From: Paludibacteraceae bacterium
Lineage (GTDB): Bacteria; Bacteroidota; Bacteroidia; Bacteroidales; Paludibacteraceae
Reading direction: 5' to 3'
Assembly (NCBI GenBank): GCA_024405875.1
Contig: JAKSOA010000010.1
Location: 3,295-67,294, forward strand
DNA length: 64,000 nucleotides
Part shown: piece by piece, positions 55,270 through 64,000 of the stretch
Layout: every line of letters starts with the position of its first letter
Position numbering within the stretch: position 1 is the first letter of the stretch
Program-made: the position numbers and the translations under genes
Notes under the pieces: model-generated
What the model was told of the DNA's origin: nothing
The model's database searches: none
The model's input: the letters and a program-made list of their open reading frames with translations, nothing else

Positions 55270-57387
55270 ATGGCTAAGAAAGACTTACATTTCACTAGAA
55301 ACATCGGCATTATGGCTCACATTGATGCTGGTAAAACCACAACATCTGAGCGTATATTGTTCTACACAGGTCTTACCCACAAGATTGGTGAGGTACACGA
55401 CGGTGCCGCCACAATGGACTGGATGGAGCAGGAGCAGGAGCGTGGTATAACTATCACATCCGCCGCTACAACAACTTTCTGGAACTATAACAATGACAAG
55501 TACAAGATAAACCTGATTGACACCCCGGGACACGTGGACTTCACAGTTGAGGTTGAGCGTTCACTCCGTATTCTTGACGGTGCCGTTGCCGCATTCTGTG
55601 CTGTAGGTGGTGTTGAGCCACAGTCAGAGACAGTATGGCGTCAGGCGGATAAGTATAATGTACCTCGTATAGGTTATGTAAACAAGATGGACCGCTCAGG
55701 TGCGGACTTCTTTGACGTAGTACGTCAGGTACACGATGTTCTTGGTGCCAATCCTTGTCCTATTCAGATTCCTATAGGTGCTGAGGAGACATTCAAGGGT
55801 GTTGTTGACCTTGTAAAGATGAAAGCCATCCTTTGGCACGATGAGACAATGGGTGCCGAATATGAGGTTGATGAGATTCCTGCTGAACTTCAGGCTGAGG
55901 CAGAGGAGTGGCGCACAAAGATGCTTGACACCATAGCAGAGTTTGATGACGAGCTTATGGAGAAGTACTTTGATGATCCTTCAACAATTACAGAGGATGA
56001 AATTAAGAGGGCTATCCGTAAGGGTACTCTCGCTATGAAGATATACCCGATGATTTGCGGCTCTTCATTCAAAAACAAGGGTGTTCAGACAATGCTTGAC
56101 GCTGTCTGTGCATACCTTCCTTCCCCACTTGACACAGAGGAGATTATTGGCCACGATGTACGTGATGAGGCAGTTAAGATTGTTCGCCACCCTGTAGAGG
56201 AGGAGCCAACTTGTGCTCTTGCGTTCAAGATTGCCACAGACCCGTATGTAGGTCGTCTCTGCTTCTTCCGTGTATATTCAGGTAAGATTGACGCTGGTTC
56301 ATACGTGTTTAACTCTCGTTCAGGTAAGAAGGAGCGTATCTCACGTATTTTCCAAATGCACTCAAATAAGCAGAACCCTGTTGACTTTATCGCCGCTGGT
56401 GATATAGGTGCAGGTGTTGGTTTCAAGGATATCCGTACAGGTGACACACTTTGTGATGAGGAACATCCTATGACTCTTGAGTCTATAGACTTCCCTGATC
56501 CGGTAATTGGTATTGCCGTAGAGCCTAAGACCCAGAAGGATCTTGACAAACTTAGCAACGGTCTTGCAAAACTTGCCGAGGAGGATCCTACATTCACAGT
56601 CAAAACAGACGAGCAGTCAGGTCAGACAATCATCAGTGGTATGGGTGAGCTTCACCTTGAGATTATCATAGACCGTTTGCGTCGTGAGTTCAAGGTTGAG
56701 TGCAACCAAGGTCGTCCGCAAGTATCATATAAGGAGGCAATTAAGAATACTGTTGACCTGCGTGAGGTTTATAAGAAACAATCAGGTGGTCGTGGTAAGT
56801 TCGCCGATATGATTCTTAAGGTTGGTCCTGTTGACGAGGGCTTTGAGGGAGACCTTCAGTTCGTTGATGAGGTTAAGGGCGGTAACATTCCTAAGGAGTT
56901 TATCCCAGCAATACAGAAAGGTTTCCAACAGGCTATGCGTAACGGTGTTCTTGCCGGCTACCCTGTAGATAAACTTAAAGTTGTTGTAGTTGATGGTTCT
57001 TATCACCCGGTTGACTCAGACCAAATCTCATTTGAGATATGTGCCCAGATAGCATTCAAGAATGCTTGTGCTAAGGCAAAACCAGTTCTTCTTGAGCCTA
57101 TTATGAAAATAGAGGTTGTTACACCAGAGGAGAATATGGGTGATGTCATAGGTGACTTGAACAAGCGTCGTGGTCAGGTAGAGGGTATGGAGACAAGCCG
57201 TACAGGTGCGCGTATAGTTAAGGCTAAGGTGCCACTTGCTGAGATGTTCGGTTATGTTACAGCACTCCGTACAATAACATCAGGACGTGCCACATCATCA
57301 ATGGAGTTCTCTCACTATGCTGAGGTTTCAACTTCAATTGCAAAAGAGGTATTAACAGAGGCAAAAGGACACGTAGAACTATTGTAA
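55270..57387 (+). CDS. fusA: Elongation factor G
   Basis: 705 aa with GTPase motifs [14 protein letters not shown] and NKMD. Confidence 0.98.
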   Translation: MAKKDLHFTRNIGIMAHIDAGKTTTSERILFYTGLTHKIGEVHDGAATMDWMEQEQERGITITSAATTTFWNYNNDKYKINLIDTPGHVDFTVEVERSLRILDGAVAAFCAVGGVEPQSETVWRQADKYNVPRIGYVNKMDRSGADFFDVVRQVHDVLGANPCPIQIPIGAEETFKGVVDLVKMKAILWHDETMGAEYEVDEIPAELQAEAEEWRTKMLDTIAEFDDELMEKYFDDPSTITEDEIKRAIRKGTLAMKIYPMICGSSFKNKGVQTMLDAVCAYLPSPLDTEEIIGHDVRDEAVKIVRHPVEEEPTCALAFKIATDPYVGRLCFFRVYSGKIDAGSYVFNSRSGKKERISRIFQMHSNKQNPVDFIAAGDIGAGVGFKDIRTGDTLCDEEHPMTLESIDFPDPVIGIAVEPKTQKDLDKLSNGLAKLAEEDPTFTVKTDEQSGQTIISGMGELHLEIIIDRLRREFKVECNQGRPQVSYKEAIKNTVDLREVYKKQSGGRGKFADMILKVGPVDEGFEGDLQFVDEVKGGNIPKEFIPAIQKGFQQAMRNGVLAGYPVDKLKVVVVDGSYHPVDSDQISFEICAQIAFKNACAKAKPVLLEPIMKIEVVTPEENMGDVIGDLNKRRGQVEGMETSRTGARIVKAKVPLAEMFGYVTALRTITSGRATSSMEFSHYAEVSTSIAKEVLTEAKGHVELL

Positions 57388-57392
57388 AACCA

Positions 57393-57426
57393 GTAGCGGC
57401 TTAGCGAATGATTCTTAAGCCGCTAC
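57393..57426 (+). promoter_or_regulatory. Strong 11-bp stem-loop between fusA and rpsJ
   Basis: GTAGCGGCTTA (57393-57403) pairs perfectly with TAAGCCGCTAC (57416-57426). There is no clear U-tail (ATTAAATATTT follows). Confidence 0.6.
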
Positions 57427-57443
57427 ATTAAATATTTAATAAA

Positions 57444-57749
57444 ATGAATCAGAAAATCAGAATCAAACTTAAATCTTACGACTACAACTTAGTTGATAAG
57501 TCTGCAGAGAAGATTTGTGCGACAGTGAAGGCTACAGGTGCTGTGGTAAGCGGTCCTATTCCACTACCTACACACAAGCGCATCTTCACAGTGAACCGCT
57601 CAACATTCGTTAACAAGAAGTCTCGTGAGCAGTTCCAACTTTTTTCTTACAAACGTCTCATTGACATCTACAGTTCAACATCAAAGACTGTTGACGCTCT
57701 TATGAAGCTTGAACTTCCAAGTGGCGTAGGTGTTGAGATTAAAGTATGA
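57444..57749 (+). CDS. rpsJ: 30S ribosomal protein S10
   Basis: 101 aa with S10 sequence. Confidence 0.98.
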   Translation: MNQKIRIKLKSYDYNLVDKSAEKICATVKATGAVVSGPIPLPTHKRIFTVNRSTFVNKKSREQFQLFSYKRLIDIYSSTSKTVDALMKLELPSGVGVEIKV

Positions 57750-57784
57750 TAATTTTTTATAACAATTTAATAATACACTAAGAA

Positions 57785-58402
57785 ATGCCAGGATTAATTG
57801 GAAAAAAAATCGGAATGACTTCCGTTTTCAGTGCTGATGGAAAAAATGTTCCATGCACTGTTATCGAAGCTGGTCCTTGTGTTGTAACCCAAGTCAAGAC
57901 CATGGAGAAAGATGGCTATGAGGCTATCCAACTTGGTTTTGAGGACAAGAAAGAGAGCAATGTCACAAAACCTGAGGCTGGTCTCTTTAAAAAGATAGGC
58001 GCAACACCAAAGTACCACTTGGTTGAGTTCAAAGGCTTTGACTCATCAGTCAAGGCGAGTGATGTTATTACTGTTGATTTGTTCAATGACACAACTTGGG
58101 TTGATGTCATAGGCACATCAAAAGGTAAAGGCTTCCAGGGCGTTGTTAAACGTCATGGTTTCGGTGGCGTAGGCCAGATTACACACGGTCAGCATAACCG
58201 TCAGCGTAAGCCAGGTTCCATAGGCGCTTGCTCTTACCCTGCAAGAGTTTTCAAAGGACTCCGTATGGGTGGTCAGATGGGTGATGCCAGAGTAACCGTA
58301 CAAAACTTAGAGATTTTAAAAGTTATCCCGGAAAACAACCTTCTTTTAATTAAGGGTTCTGTTCCAGGTGCTAAAGGTTCAATTGTAATTGTAAATAAGT
58401 AA
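57785..58402 (+). CDS. rplC: 50S ribosomal protein L3
   Basis: 205 aa with L3 sequence. Confidence 0.97.
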   Translation: MPGLIGKKIGMTSVFSADGKNVPCTVIEAGPCVVTQVKTMEKDGYEAIQLGFEDKKESNVTKPEAGLFKKIGATPKYHLVEFKGFDSSVKASDVITVDLFNDTTWVDVIGTSKGKGFQGVVKRHGFGGVGQITHGQHNRQRKPGSIGACSYPARVFKGLRMGGQMGDARVTVQNLEILKVIPENNLLLIKGSVPGAKGSIVIVNK

Positions 58403-59031
58403 TGGAACTTAGCATATTAAACATACAAGGAAAAGAGACCGGTAGAAAGATTACACTAGATGAATCTATCTTCGGCATTGAGCCAAATGACCATGCTATT
58501 TACCTTGACGTAAAGCAGTATTTGGCCAACAAACGCCAGGGAACAGCTAAATCTAAGGAGAGAAGCGAGGTTTCCGGTAGTACTCGTAAACTAGGTCGTC
58601 AGAAGGGTGGCGGCGGTGCGCGCCCAGGTGATATCAACTCACCAGTCCGCGTAGGTGGTGGTCGTGTATTCGGACCAAAACCACGTGACTATGAGTTCAA
58701 ACTTAACAAGAAACTGAAACAGCTTGCACGTAAGTCAGCCCTTTCTTATAAGGTTCAGGAGAATGCACTTGTTGTTCTTGAGGACTTCTCTTTTGAGGCT
58801 CCTAAGACAAAAGAGTATATCTCTATGTTAAGTGCGCTTAAGGCAGCGGACAAGAAGTCTCTTCTTGTTCTTCCTGAGTCAAACAAAAATGTATATCTGT
58901 CAGCCCGTAACATTGAGAACGCTGATGTGACACTCTCAACAGAGCTTAGCACATACAAGATTCTTGATGCAAAATGCCTTATCATAGCAGAGAAGGCTCT
59001 TGAGGGTTTGGCTTCAACTTTTAACGCATAA
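58402..59031 (+). CDS. rplD: 50S ribosomal protein L4
   Basis: 209 aa with L4 sequence, in S10 operon order. Confidence 0.97.
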   Translation: MELSILNIQGKETGRKITLDESIFGIEPNDHAIYLDVKQYLANKRQGTAKSKERSEVSGSTRKLGRQKGGGGARPGDINSPVRVGGGRVFGPKPRDYEFKLNKKLKQLARKSALSYKVQENALVVLEDFSFEAPKTKEYISMLSALKAADKKSLLVLPESNKNVYLSARNIENADVTLSTELSTYKILDAKCLIIAEKALEGLASTFNA

Positions 59032-59044
59032 GGAGGACATAAAA

Positions 59045-59335
59045 ATGGGAATCATAATCAAGCCTATAGTAACTGAGAAAGCTACAAGTCTTACCGAAAA
59101 GTTAAGCAAGTACGCCTTTAAGGTAGTGAAAGACGCTGATAAGGAGCAAATCAAGGCAGCAGTTGAGAAGACATACAATGTGACAGTTGTTGATGTTGAC
59201 ACAGCGGTTGTTAAAGGAAAGGTGAAGAGCCGTTATACAAAGGCAGGTCTTATCGTTGGTAAGACATCTGACTATAAGAAGGCGGTTGTTACACTGAAAA
59301 AAGGAGATACAATAGATTTTTATAGCAACATTTAA
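59045..59335 (+). CDS. rplW: 50S ribosomal protein L23
   Basis: 96 aa from MGIIIKPIVTEKA. The track ORF start at 59000 overlaps rplD and is rejected. Confidence 0.95.
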   Translation: MGIIIKPIVTEKATSLTEKLSKYAFKVVKDADKEQIKAAVEKTYNVTVVDVDTAVVKGKVKSRYTKAGLIVGKTSDYKKAVVTLKKGDTIDFYSNI

Positions 59336-59344
59336 TAAAACAAG

Positions 59345-60169
59345 ATGGCTGTACGTAAACTAAACCCCACTACACCGGGGCAGAGACACAAGATTATTGG
59401 AACATTCGAAACAATTACCGAATCAGTTCCAGAAAAGTCTCTTGTGAGAGGCAAAGCCCAGACAGGCGGCCGTAACAATACCGGCAAGATGACTATGCGT
59501 TATATTGGCGGTGGTCACAAGAGAAAGTATAGAGTAATTGACTTCAAACGTGAAAAGGACGGAGTTCCTGCAACAGTAAAGACAATTGAGTATGATCCTA
59601 ACCGTTCCGCTCGTATTGCGCTTCTTTTCTATGCAGATGGCGAAAAACGCTACATTCTGGCTCCTAACGGTTTGCAAGTAGGACAGGTGCTTCTATCTGG
59701 AGCAGAGGCGGCACCTGAAGTAGGTAACACACTTCCACTACAGAACATTCCACTTGGTACGGTAATTCATAACATTGAGTTACGTCCTGGTCAGGGTGCC
59801 GCATTGGTACGTTCTGCCGGAACATTCGCTCAGCTTGCTTCACGTGAGGGCAAATATGCAATTGTAAAATTGCCTTCTGGTGAGATGCGTATGATACTAT
59901 GCGATTGCAAGGCTACAATAGGTGTTGTCGGCAACTCCGACCACGCTCTTGAGGAGTCTGGTAAGGCAGGACGCTCACGCTGGTTAGGTCGTCGTCCACA
60001 CAACCGTGGTGTTGTTATGAACCCGGTAGATCACCCGATGGGTGGTGGTGAAGGAAGAGCTTCAGGTGGTCACCCGAGATCACGCAAGGGCTTGCTTGCT
60101 AAGGGCTACAAGACACGTACACCTAAGAAGGCTTCAAACAAATACATTATAGAGAGAGCCAAGAAGTAA
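59345..60169 (+). CDS. rplB: 50S ribosomal protein L2
   Basis: 274 aa with L2 sequence. Confidence 0.98.
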   Translation: MAVRKLNPTTPGQRHKIIGTFETITESVPEKSLVRGKAQTGGRNNTGKMTMRYIGGGHKRKYRVIDFKREKDGVPATVKTIEYDPNRSARIALLFYADGEKRYILAPNGLQVGQVLLSGAEAAPEVGNTLPLQNIPLGTVIHNIELRPGQGAALVRSAGTFAQLASREGKYAIVKLPSGEMRMILCDCKATIGVVGNSDHALEESGKAGRSRWLGRRPHNRGVVMNPVDHPMGGGEGRASGGHPRSRKGLLAKGYKTRTPKKASNKYIIERAKK

Positions 60170-60193
60170 TAACCAGTATTAATTGAGAAAATT

Positions 60194-60457
60194 ATGAGTC
60201 GTTCATTAAAGAAAGGTCCGTTTATTAGCGTAAAACTTGAGAAGAAAGTTATCGCTATGAATGAGGCAAATAAGAAATCCGTAATTAAGACCTGGTCCAG
60301 AGCTTCAATGATCTCTCCGGATTTTGTAGGTCATACCATCGCCGTTCATAACGGAAATAAGTTTATACCTGTGTATGTCACAGAGAATATGGTTGGTCAT
60401 AAGTTGGGAGAGTTCGCTCCTACCCGTACTTTCAGAGGCCATAGTGGTAACAGATAA
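60194..60457 (+). CDS. rpsS: 30S ribosomal protein S19
   Basis: 87 aa with S19 sequence (SRSLKKGPF). Confidence 0.98.
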   Translation: MSRSLKKGPFISVKLEKKVIAMNEANKKSVIKTWSRASMISPDFVGHTIAVHNGNKFIPVYVTENMVGHKLGEFAPTRTFRGHSGNR

Positions 60458-60472
60458 TAAAAAATAAGAGAT

Positions 60473-60880
60473 ATGGGTAATAGAAAAAAAATCTCAGCAG
60501 ATAAGAGTAAGGAGGCTAGAAAGGCTCTTTACTATGCAAAGCTCAACGATGTGCCTACCTCTCCGCGTAAGATGCGTCTTATAGCAGATATGATCCGTGG
60601 TGTTGAAGTCCAGAAGGCTCTTGGTATGTTGAAGTTCTCTACAAAAGAGTGCTCTTCAAAGATGGAGAAACTTCTTCTTTCAGCTATCAATAACTGGGAA
60701 CAGAAGACAGGACAAAAGGCCGAAGATGGTAACTTGATTGTAAGTGCGGTTAGCGTTGATTGTGGAAGAACCCTTAAGAGACTGCGTCCGGCTCCACAAG
60801 GTCGTGGATACAGAATCCGCAAGCGTTCAAACCACATTACAATTTTTGTTGACAGTAAAAATAACGATACAAAGGAATAA
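60473..60880 (+). CDS. rplV: 50S ribosomal protein L22
   Basis: 135 aa with L22 sequence. Confidence 0.96.
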   Translation: MGNRKKISADKSKEARKALYYAKLNDVPTSPRKMRLIADMIRGVEVQKALGMLKFSTKECSSKMEKLLLSAINNWEQKTGQKAEDGNLIVSAVSVDCGRTLKRLRPAPQGRGYRIRKRSNHITIFVDSKNNDTKE

Positions 60881-60883
60881 GTT

Positions 60884-61699
60884 ATGGGACAGAAAATTAA
60901 TCCAATAAGCAATCGTCTTGGAATCATCAAAGGTTGGGATTCCAATTGGATAGGAGATAAAAAGAGAGGCAAGAGTTATGGTGACACAATTCTTGAGGAC
61001 TACAAATTGAGAAAATATGTAGATGCTTTTCTTGAGAAAGTCCCTGCAAGGGATGATGCCTCAGAGCAAGTAAACAGCAAACCTTCTGAGAGAGAGCTCA
61101 GTATGGCTCGTGAGAGGAAGGCAAGCGTCTCTCGTATTGTTATTGAGCGTACAATGAAGCTTATCACAGTCACAATATGCACATCTAAGCCCGGTATGAT
61201 TATAGGTAAGGGTGGCAAGGATGTAGAGAAGCTTAAAGTTGAGTTGAAGAAATTCACAAACAAAGAAGTTCAAATCAATATTTATGAGATTAAGAAACCT
61301 GAAGTAGATGCAGTGGTTGTAGCAAACTCTATCGCTCGCCAAATTGAAGGTAAGACAGCTTACCGTAGAGCTGTGAAGACTGCCATCGCTTCCACAATGC
61401 GCGCAGGTGCGGAGGGAATCAAGATTCAGGTGTCTGGTCGTTTGAACGGTGCTGAAATAGCTCGTTCAGAGATGTACAAGGAGGGTCGTACTCCACTTCA
61501 CACCTTCCGTGCCGATATTGATTACGCCCAATGTGAGGCTTTGACAAAGGTTGGTATTCTTGGTATCAAGGTTTGGATTTGTCGTGGAGAAATCTACGCT
61601 AAGAAGGATCTTGCACCTCAGTATACTTCATACAAGGAGTCAAGTCGTCCGTCTCAGCAGAGAGAGGGCAAGGGAGGCTTCAAGAGAAAGAAAAAATAA
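60884..61699 (+). CDS. rpsC: 30S ribosomal protein S3 (carries an insertion of about 26 aa near the N-terminal domain)
   Basis: 271 aa with [14 protein letters not shown]..., a KH domain, and [12 protein letters not shown]. See the finding on 61040-61117. Confidence 0.97.
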   Translation: MGQKINPISNRLGIIKGWDSNWIGDKKRGKSYGDTILEDYKLRKYVDAFLEKVPARDDASEQVNSKPSERELSMARERKASVSRIVIERTMKLITVTICTSKPGMIIGKGGKDVEKLKVELKKFTNKEVQINIYEIKKPEVDAVVVANSIARQIEGKTAYRRAVKTAIASTMRAGAEGIKIQVSGRLNGAEIARSEMYKEGRTPLHTFRADIDYAQCEALTKVGILGIKVWICRGEIYAKKDLAPQYTSYKESSRPSQQREGKGGFKRKKK

Positions 61700-61730
61700 T
61701 ATTGTCTAATCCTGTTTATTCTAAAAAATT

Positions 61731-62165
61731 ATGTTACAACCTAAGAAAACAAAGTTCCGCAGACAACAGAAATGCCCGTCAAAGGGTATTGCTCAGCGTG
61801 GCAACCAGCTTGCCTTCGGATCTTTTGGAATAAAGTCATTGCAGACAAAATGGATAACCGGTCGTCAGATTGAGGCGGCTCGTGTAGCCATAACACGTTA
61901 TATGCAACGTCAAGGTCAGGTTTGGGTACGTATTTTCCCGGACAAGGCTATAACAAGAAAACCGGCTGATACCCGTCAAGGTAAAGGTAAAGGTAATCCG
62001 GAAGGATTCGTAGCACCTGTTACTCCAGGCAGAATGTTGTTTGAAGTTGGTGGCGTTCCTTTTGATGTGGCAAAGGAGGCGCTTCGCCTTGGTGCTCAGA
62101 AGTTACCTATCACAACTAAGTTTGTTATCAGCAACAGTTACGATTTTGAAACCGAAAACGCTTAA
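61731..62165 (+). CDS. rplP: 50S ribosomal protein L16
   Basis: 144 aa with L16 sequence. Confidence 0.97.
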   Translation: MLQPKKTKFRRQQKCPSKGIAQRGNQLAFGSFGIKSLQTKWITGRQIEAARVAITRYMQRQGQVWVRIFPDKAITRKPADTRQGKGKGNPEGFVAPVTPGRMLFEVGGVPFDVAKEALRLGAQKLPITTKFVISNSYDFETENA

Positions 62166-62179
62166 ACTGCAGAAATAGT

Positions 62180-62380
62180 ATGAAAACAAAGGAAGTAAGA
62201 GAATTGTCTGACAAGGAGCTTGTCGAGAGAATTGCGGCAGAGAGAGCAAATCTGTCAAAAATGAAACTTAATCACGCTATTTCACCACTTGACAAACCAA
62301 GTCAGATAAGTGATTCAAGAAAAACAGTGGCGCGTCTTCTAACAGAGTTGCGTCAGAGAGAAATTAACAAACAAAAATAG
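62180..62380 (+). CDS. rpmC: 50S ribosomal protein L29
   Basis: 66 aa with L29 sequence. Confidence 0.95.
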   Translation: MKTKEVRELSDKELVERIAAERANLSKMKLNHAISPLDKPSQISDSRKTVARLLTELRQREINKQK

Positions 62381-62388
62381 TCAGCCGT

Positions 62389-62640
62389 ATGAGAAATCTA
62401 AGAAAAGAAAGACAAGGCGTTGTGTCCAGCGATAAGATGGACAAGACTGTTACTGTTTCCATTCAATGGAAAGAGAAACACCCTATCTATGGCAAATTCG
62501 TAAGCAAGACTAAGAAGTATCACGCTCACGATGAAAAAAATGAGTGTCATATCGGTGATACAGTTAGAATTATGGAGACTCGTCCTCTAAGCAAAAGCAA
62601 GAGATGGAGAGTAGTAGAAATCGTAGAAAAAGCTAAGTAA
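62389..62640 (+). CDS. rpsQ: 30S ribosomal protein S17
   Basis: 83 aa with S17 sequence. Confidence 0.96.
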   Translation: MRNLRKERQGVVSSDKMDKTVTVSIQWKEKHPIYGKFVSKTKKYHAHDEKNECHIGDTVRIMETRPLSKSKRWRVVEIVEKAK

Positions 62641-62642
62641 TT

Positions 62643-63008
62643 ATGATACAGCAAGAATCTAGATTGACAGTAGCCGACAACAGCGGAGCAAAGGAAGTTC
62701 TCTGTATCCGTGTTCTTGGTGGTACCGGTAAGAGGTACGCCACAGTTGGTGACATTATTGTAGTAGCGGTAAAATCCGTAATCCCTTCTAGTGATACTAA
62801 AAAGGGTTCTGTTTCAAAAGCAGTTGTCGTTCGTACAAAGAAGGAGATCAGAAGAGCCGATGGTTCTTACATCCGTTTTGATGACAACGCTTGTGTTCTA
62901 CTGACAGGTGCCGGTGAGATGAAGGGTAGCCGTATTTTCGGTCCTGTGGCTCGTGAGTTACGTGCTACAAATATGAAGATAGTTTCTTTGGCGCCAGAGG
63001 TACTTTAA
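62643..63008 (+). CDS. rplN: 50S ribosomal protein L14
   Basis: 121 aa ([17 protein letters not shown]). Confidence 0.98.
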   Translation: MIQQESRLTVADNSGAKEVLCIRVLGGTGKRYATVGDIIVVAVKSVIPSSDTKKGSVSKAVVVRTKKEIRRADGSYIRFDDNACVLLTGAGEMKGSRIFGPVARELRATNMKIVSLAPEVL

Positions 63009-63027
63009 TTAGTAAAAATTTGTAAAA

Positions 63028-63342
63028 ATGAGCAAGTTACACATTAAAAAGGGTGATACCGTTTACATCAACGCCGGTGATGATAAAGGTAAGACTGGCC
63101 GTGTATTAGCAGTAGACGTAGAGAAGAAGCGCGCTATTGTTGAAGGTGCCAATATGGTGTCAAAGCATACCAAACCCAACGCAAAAAGTCCACAAGGTGG
63201 CATAATTAAGAAAGAGGCTTCTATTCATATCTCCAACCTTAACGTTTGTGGTAAGGATGGCAAACCGACTCGTATCGGTCGTAAGGAGGTTGATGGAAAG
63301 TTAGTACGTTACTCTAAAAAAACAGGGGAGGAACTGAAATAA
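63028..63342 (+). CDS. rplX: 50S ribosomal protein L24
   Basis: 104 aa with the L24 KOW motif. Confidence 0.96.
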   Translation: MSKLHIKKGDTVYINAGDDKGKTGRVLAVDVEKKRAIVEGANMVSKHTKPNAKSPQGGIIKKEASIHISNLNVCGKDGKPTRIGRKEVDGKLVRYSKKTGEELK

Positions 63343-63884
63343 TGAATACCGCTAAATTAAAAAACGACTATAAGGAACGTATAGCTCCGGCACTACTCAA
63401 GCAGTTCGGTTATAAATCAGCTATGCAGATTCCTGTATTGGAGAAGATTGTCCTTAACCAAGGTTTGGGTGACGCTGTCGCAGATAAGAAAATCATAGAG
63501 GTCGCTATGACTGAAATGTCTGCAATTGCCGGTCAAAAAGCAGTTACAACAGTGTCTAAGAAGGATATTTCAAACTTCAAACTCCGTAAGAAAATGCCTA
63601 TAGGCGTGTGTGTCACACTGCGTAGAGACAGAATGTATGAGTTCCTTGAGAAACTTGTACGTGTGGCTCTTCCTCGTATCCGTGACTTCAAGGGCATTAA
63701 CTCAAAACTTGATGGTAGGGGCAATTACACACTGGGAATTCAGGAGCAGATAATTTTCCCTGAAATTAATATTGATTCTGTTACTAAAATATCAGGAATG
63801 AATATTACCTTTGTGACTTCTGCCAAAACAGATGAGGAGGCTTACGCACTTCTTAAAGAATTTGGTTTACCATTTAAAAAATAA
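63342..63884 (+). CDS. rplE: 50S ribosomal protein L5
   Basis: 180 aa with L5 sequence. Confidence 0.97.
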   Translation: MNTAKLKNDYKERIAPALLKQFGYKSAMQIPVLEKIVLNQGLGDAVADKKIIEVAMTEMSAIAGQKAVTTVSKKDISNFKLRKKMPIGVCVTLRRDRMYEFLEKLVRVALPRIRDFKGINSKLDGRGNYTLGIQEQIIFPEINIDSVTKISGMNITFVTSAKTDEEAYALLKEFGLPFKK

Positions 63885-63891
63885 TTAGAGT

Positions 63892-64000
63892 ATGGCAAAA
63901 GAATCAATGATAGCCCGTGAGGTTAAGAGAGCCAAAATGGTAGAGAAATATGCCGCTAAGAGAGCTCAGTACAAGGCTGAAGGTAATTATGAGGCTTTGC
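63892..64000 (+). CDS. rpsN: 30S ribosomal protein S14, N-terminal part (3' end outside the window)
   Basis: MAKESMIAREVKRAKMVEKYAAKRA... It runs off the window end and follows spc operon order. Confidence 0.9.
   Translation, partial: MAKESMIAREVKRAKMVEKYAAKRAQYKAEGNYEAL

Noticed and set aside
1-64000. Search for defence systems, CRISPR-cas, restriction-modification, retrons, DGRs, integrases, transposases or secretion-system effectors
   Set aside because: No ORF in the window shows nuclease/helicase/methylase/reverse-transcriptase/recombinase signatures that I can recognise. The window is dominated by housekeeping and envelope-glycan genes.

Overview
This 64-kb chromosomal segment looks like a Bacteroidales-type (phylum Bacteroidota) genome. 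The assignment is inferred from recurring TAnnTTTG -7 promoter boxes, T9SS C-terminal sorting domains, a FISUMP domain, AU-rich leaders without Shine-Dalgarno sequences, and the str/S10/spc ribosomal operon order. Most of the window is housekeeping. It carries the 3' end of secA, rsmA, birA, comF, lgt and metG; a Na+-translocating oxaloacetate decarboxylase operon (oadGAB); rsmE, mtnN, proS, pepD, dnaX and pnp; dnaG-fmt, mlaEF, mutL, a PgpH-like 7TM-HD protein, and rpsL through rpsN. One accessory block (about 12.3-29.5 kb, minus strand) is a Wzx/Wzy-type polysaccharide locus. It contains two secreted CotH-kinase-family proteins and has proS embedded in it. A second small glycan-modification module lies at 34.8-37.6 kb. 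I saw no rRNA, tRNA, CRISPR array, integrase or transposase, and no recognisable defence or toxin system, so I cannot point to a convincing new multi-gene system. The most notable observations are: (1) dnaX is split at an A10 homopolymer exactly at the gamma/tau boundary, with a downstream hairpin. This is either programmed slippage or a homopolymer sequencing error. (2) A dispersed family of tandem heptanucleotide arrays (TAATTRN)n sits directly against start codons at five or more loci. (3) The polysaccharide locus contains a CotH-FISUMP fusion and an LTD-CotH-T9SS paralogue. (4) A segment of about 167 bp bounded by 14-bp inverted repeats lies in a convergent intergenic region. (5) A low-GC islet holds two XRE regulators and is dense in palindromes. 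(6) Ribosomal protein S3 carries an insertion of about 26 aa. All coordinates and motifs were read by eye from the sequence. No database searches were run.
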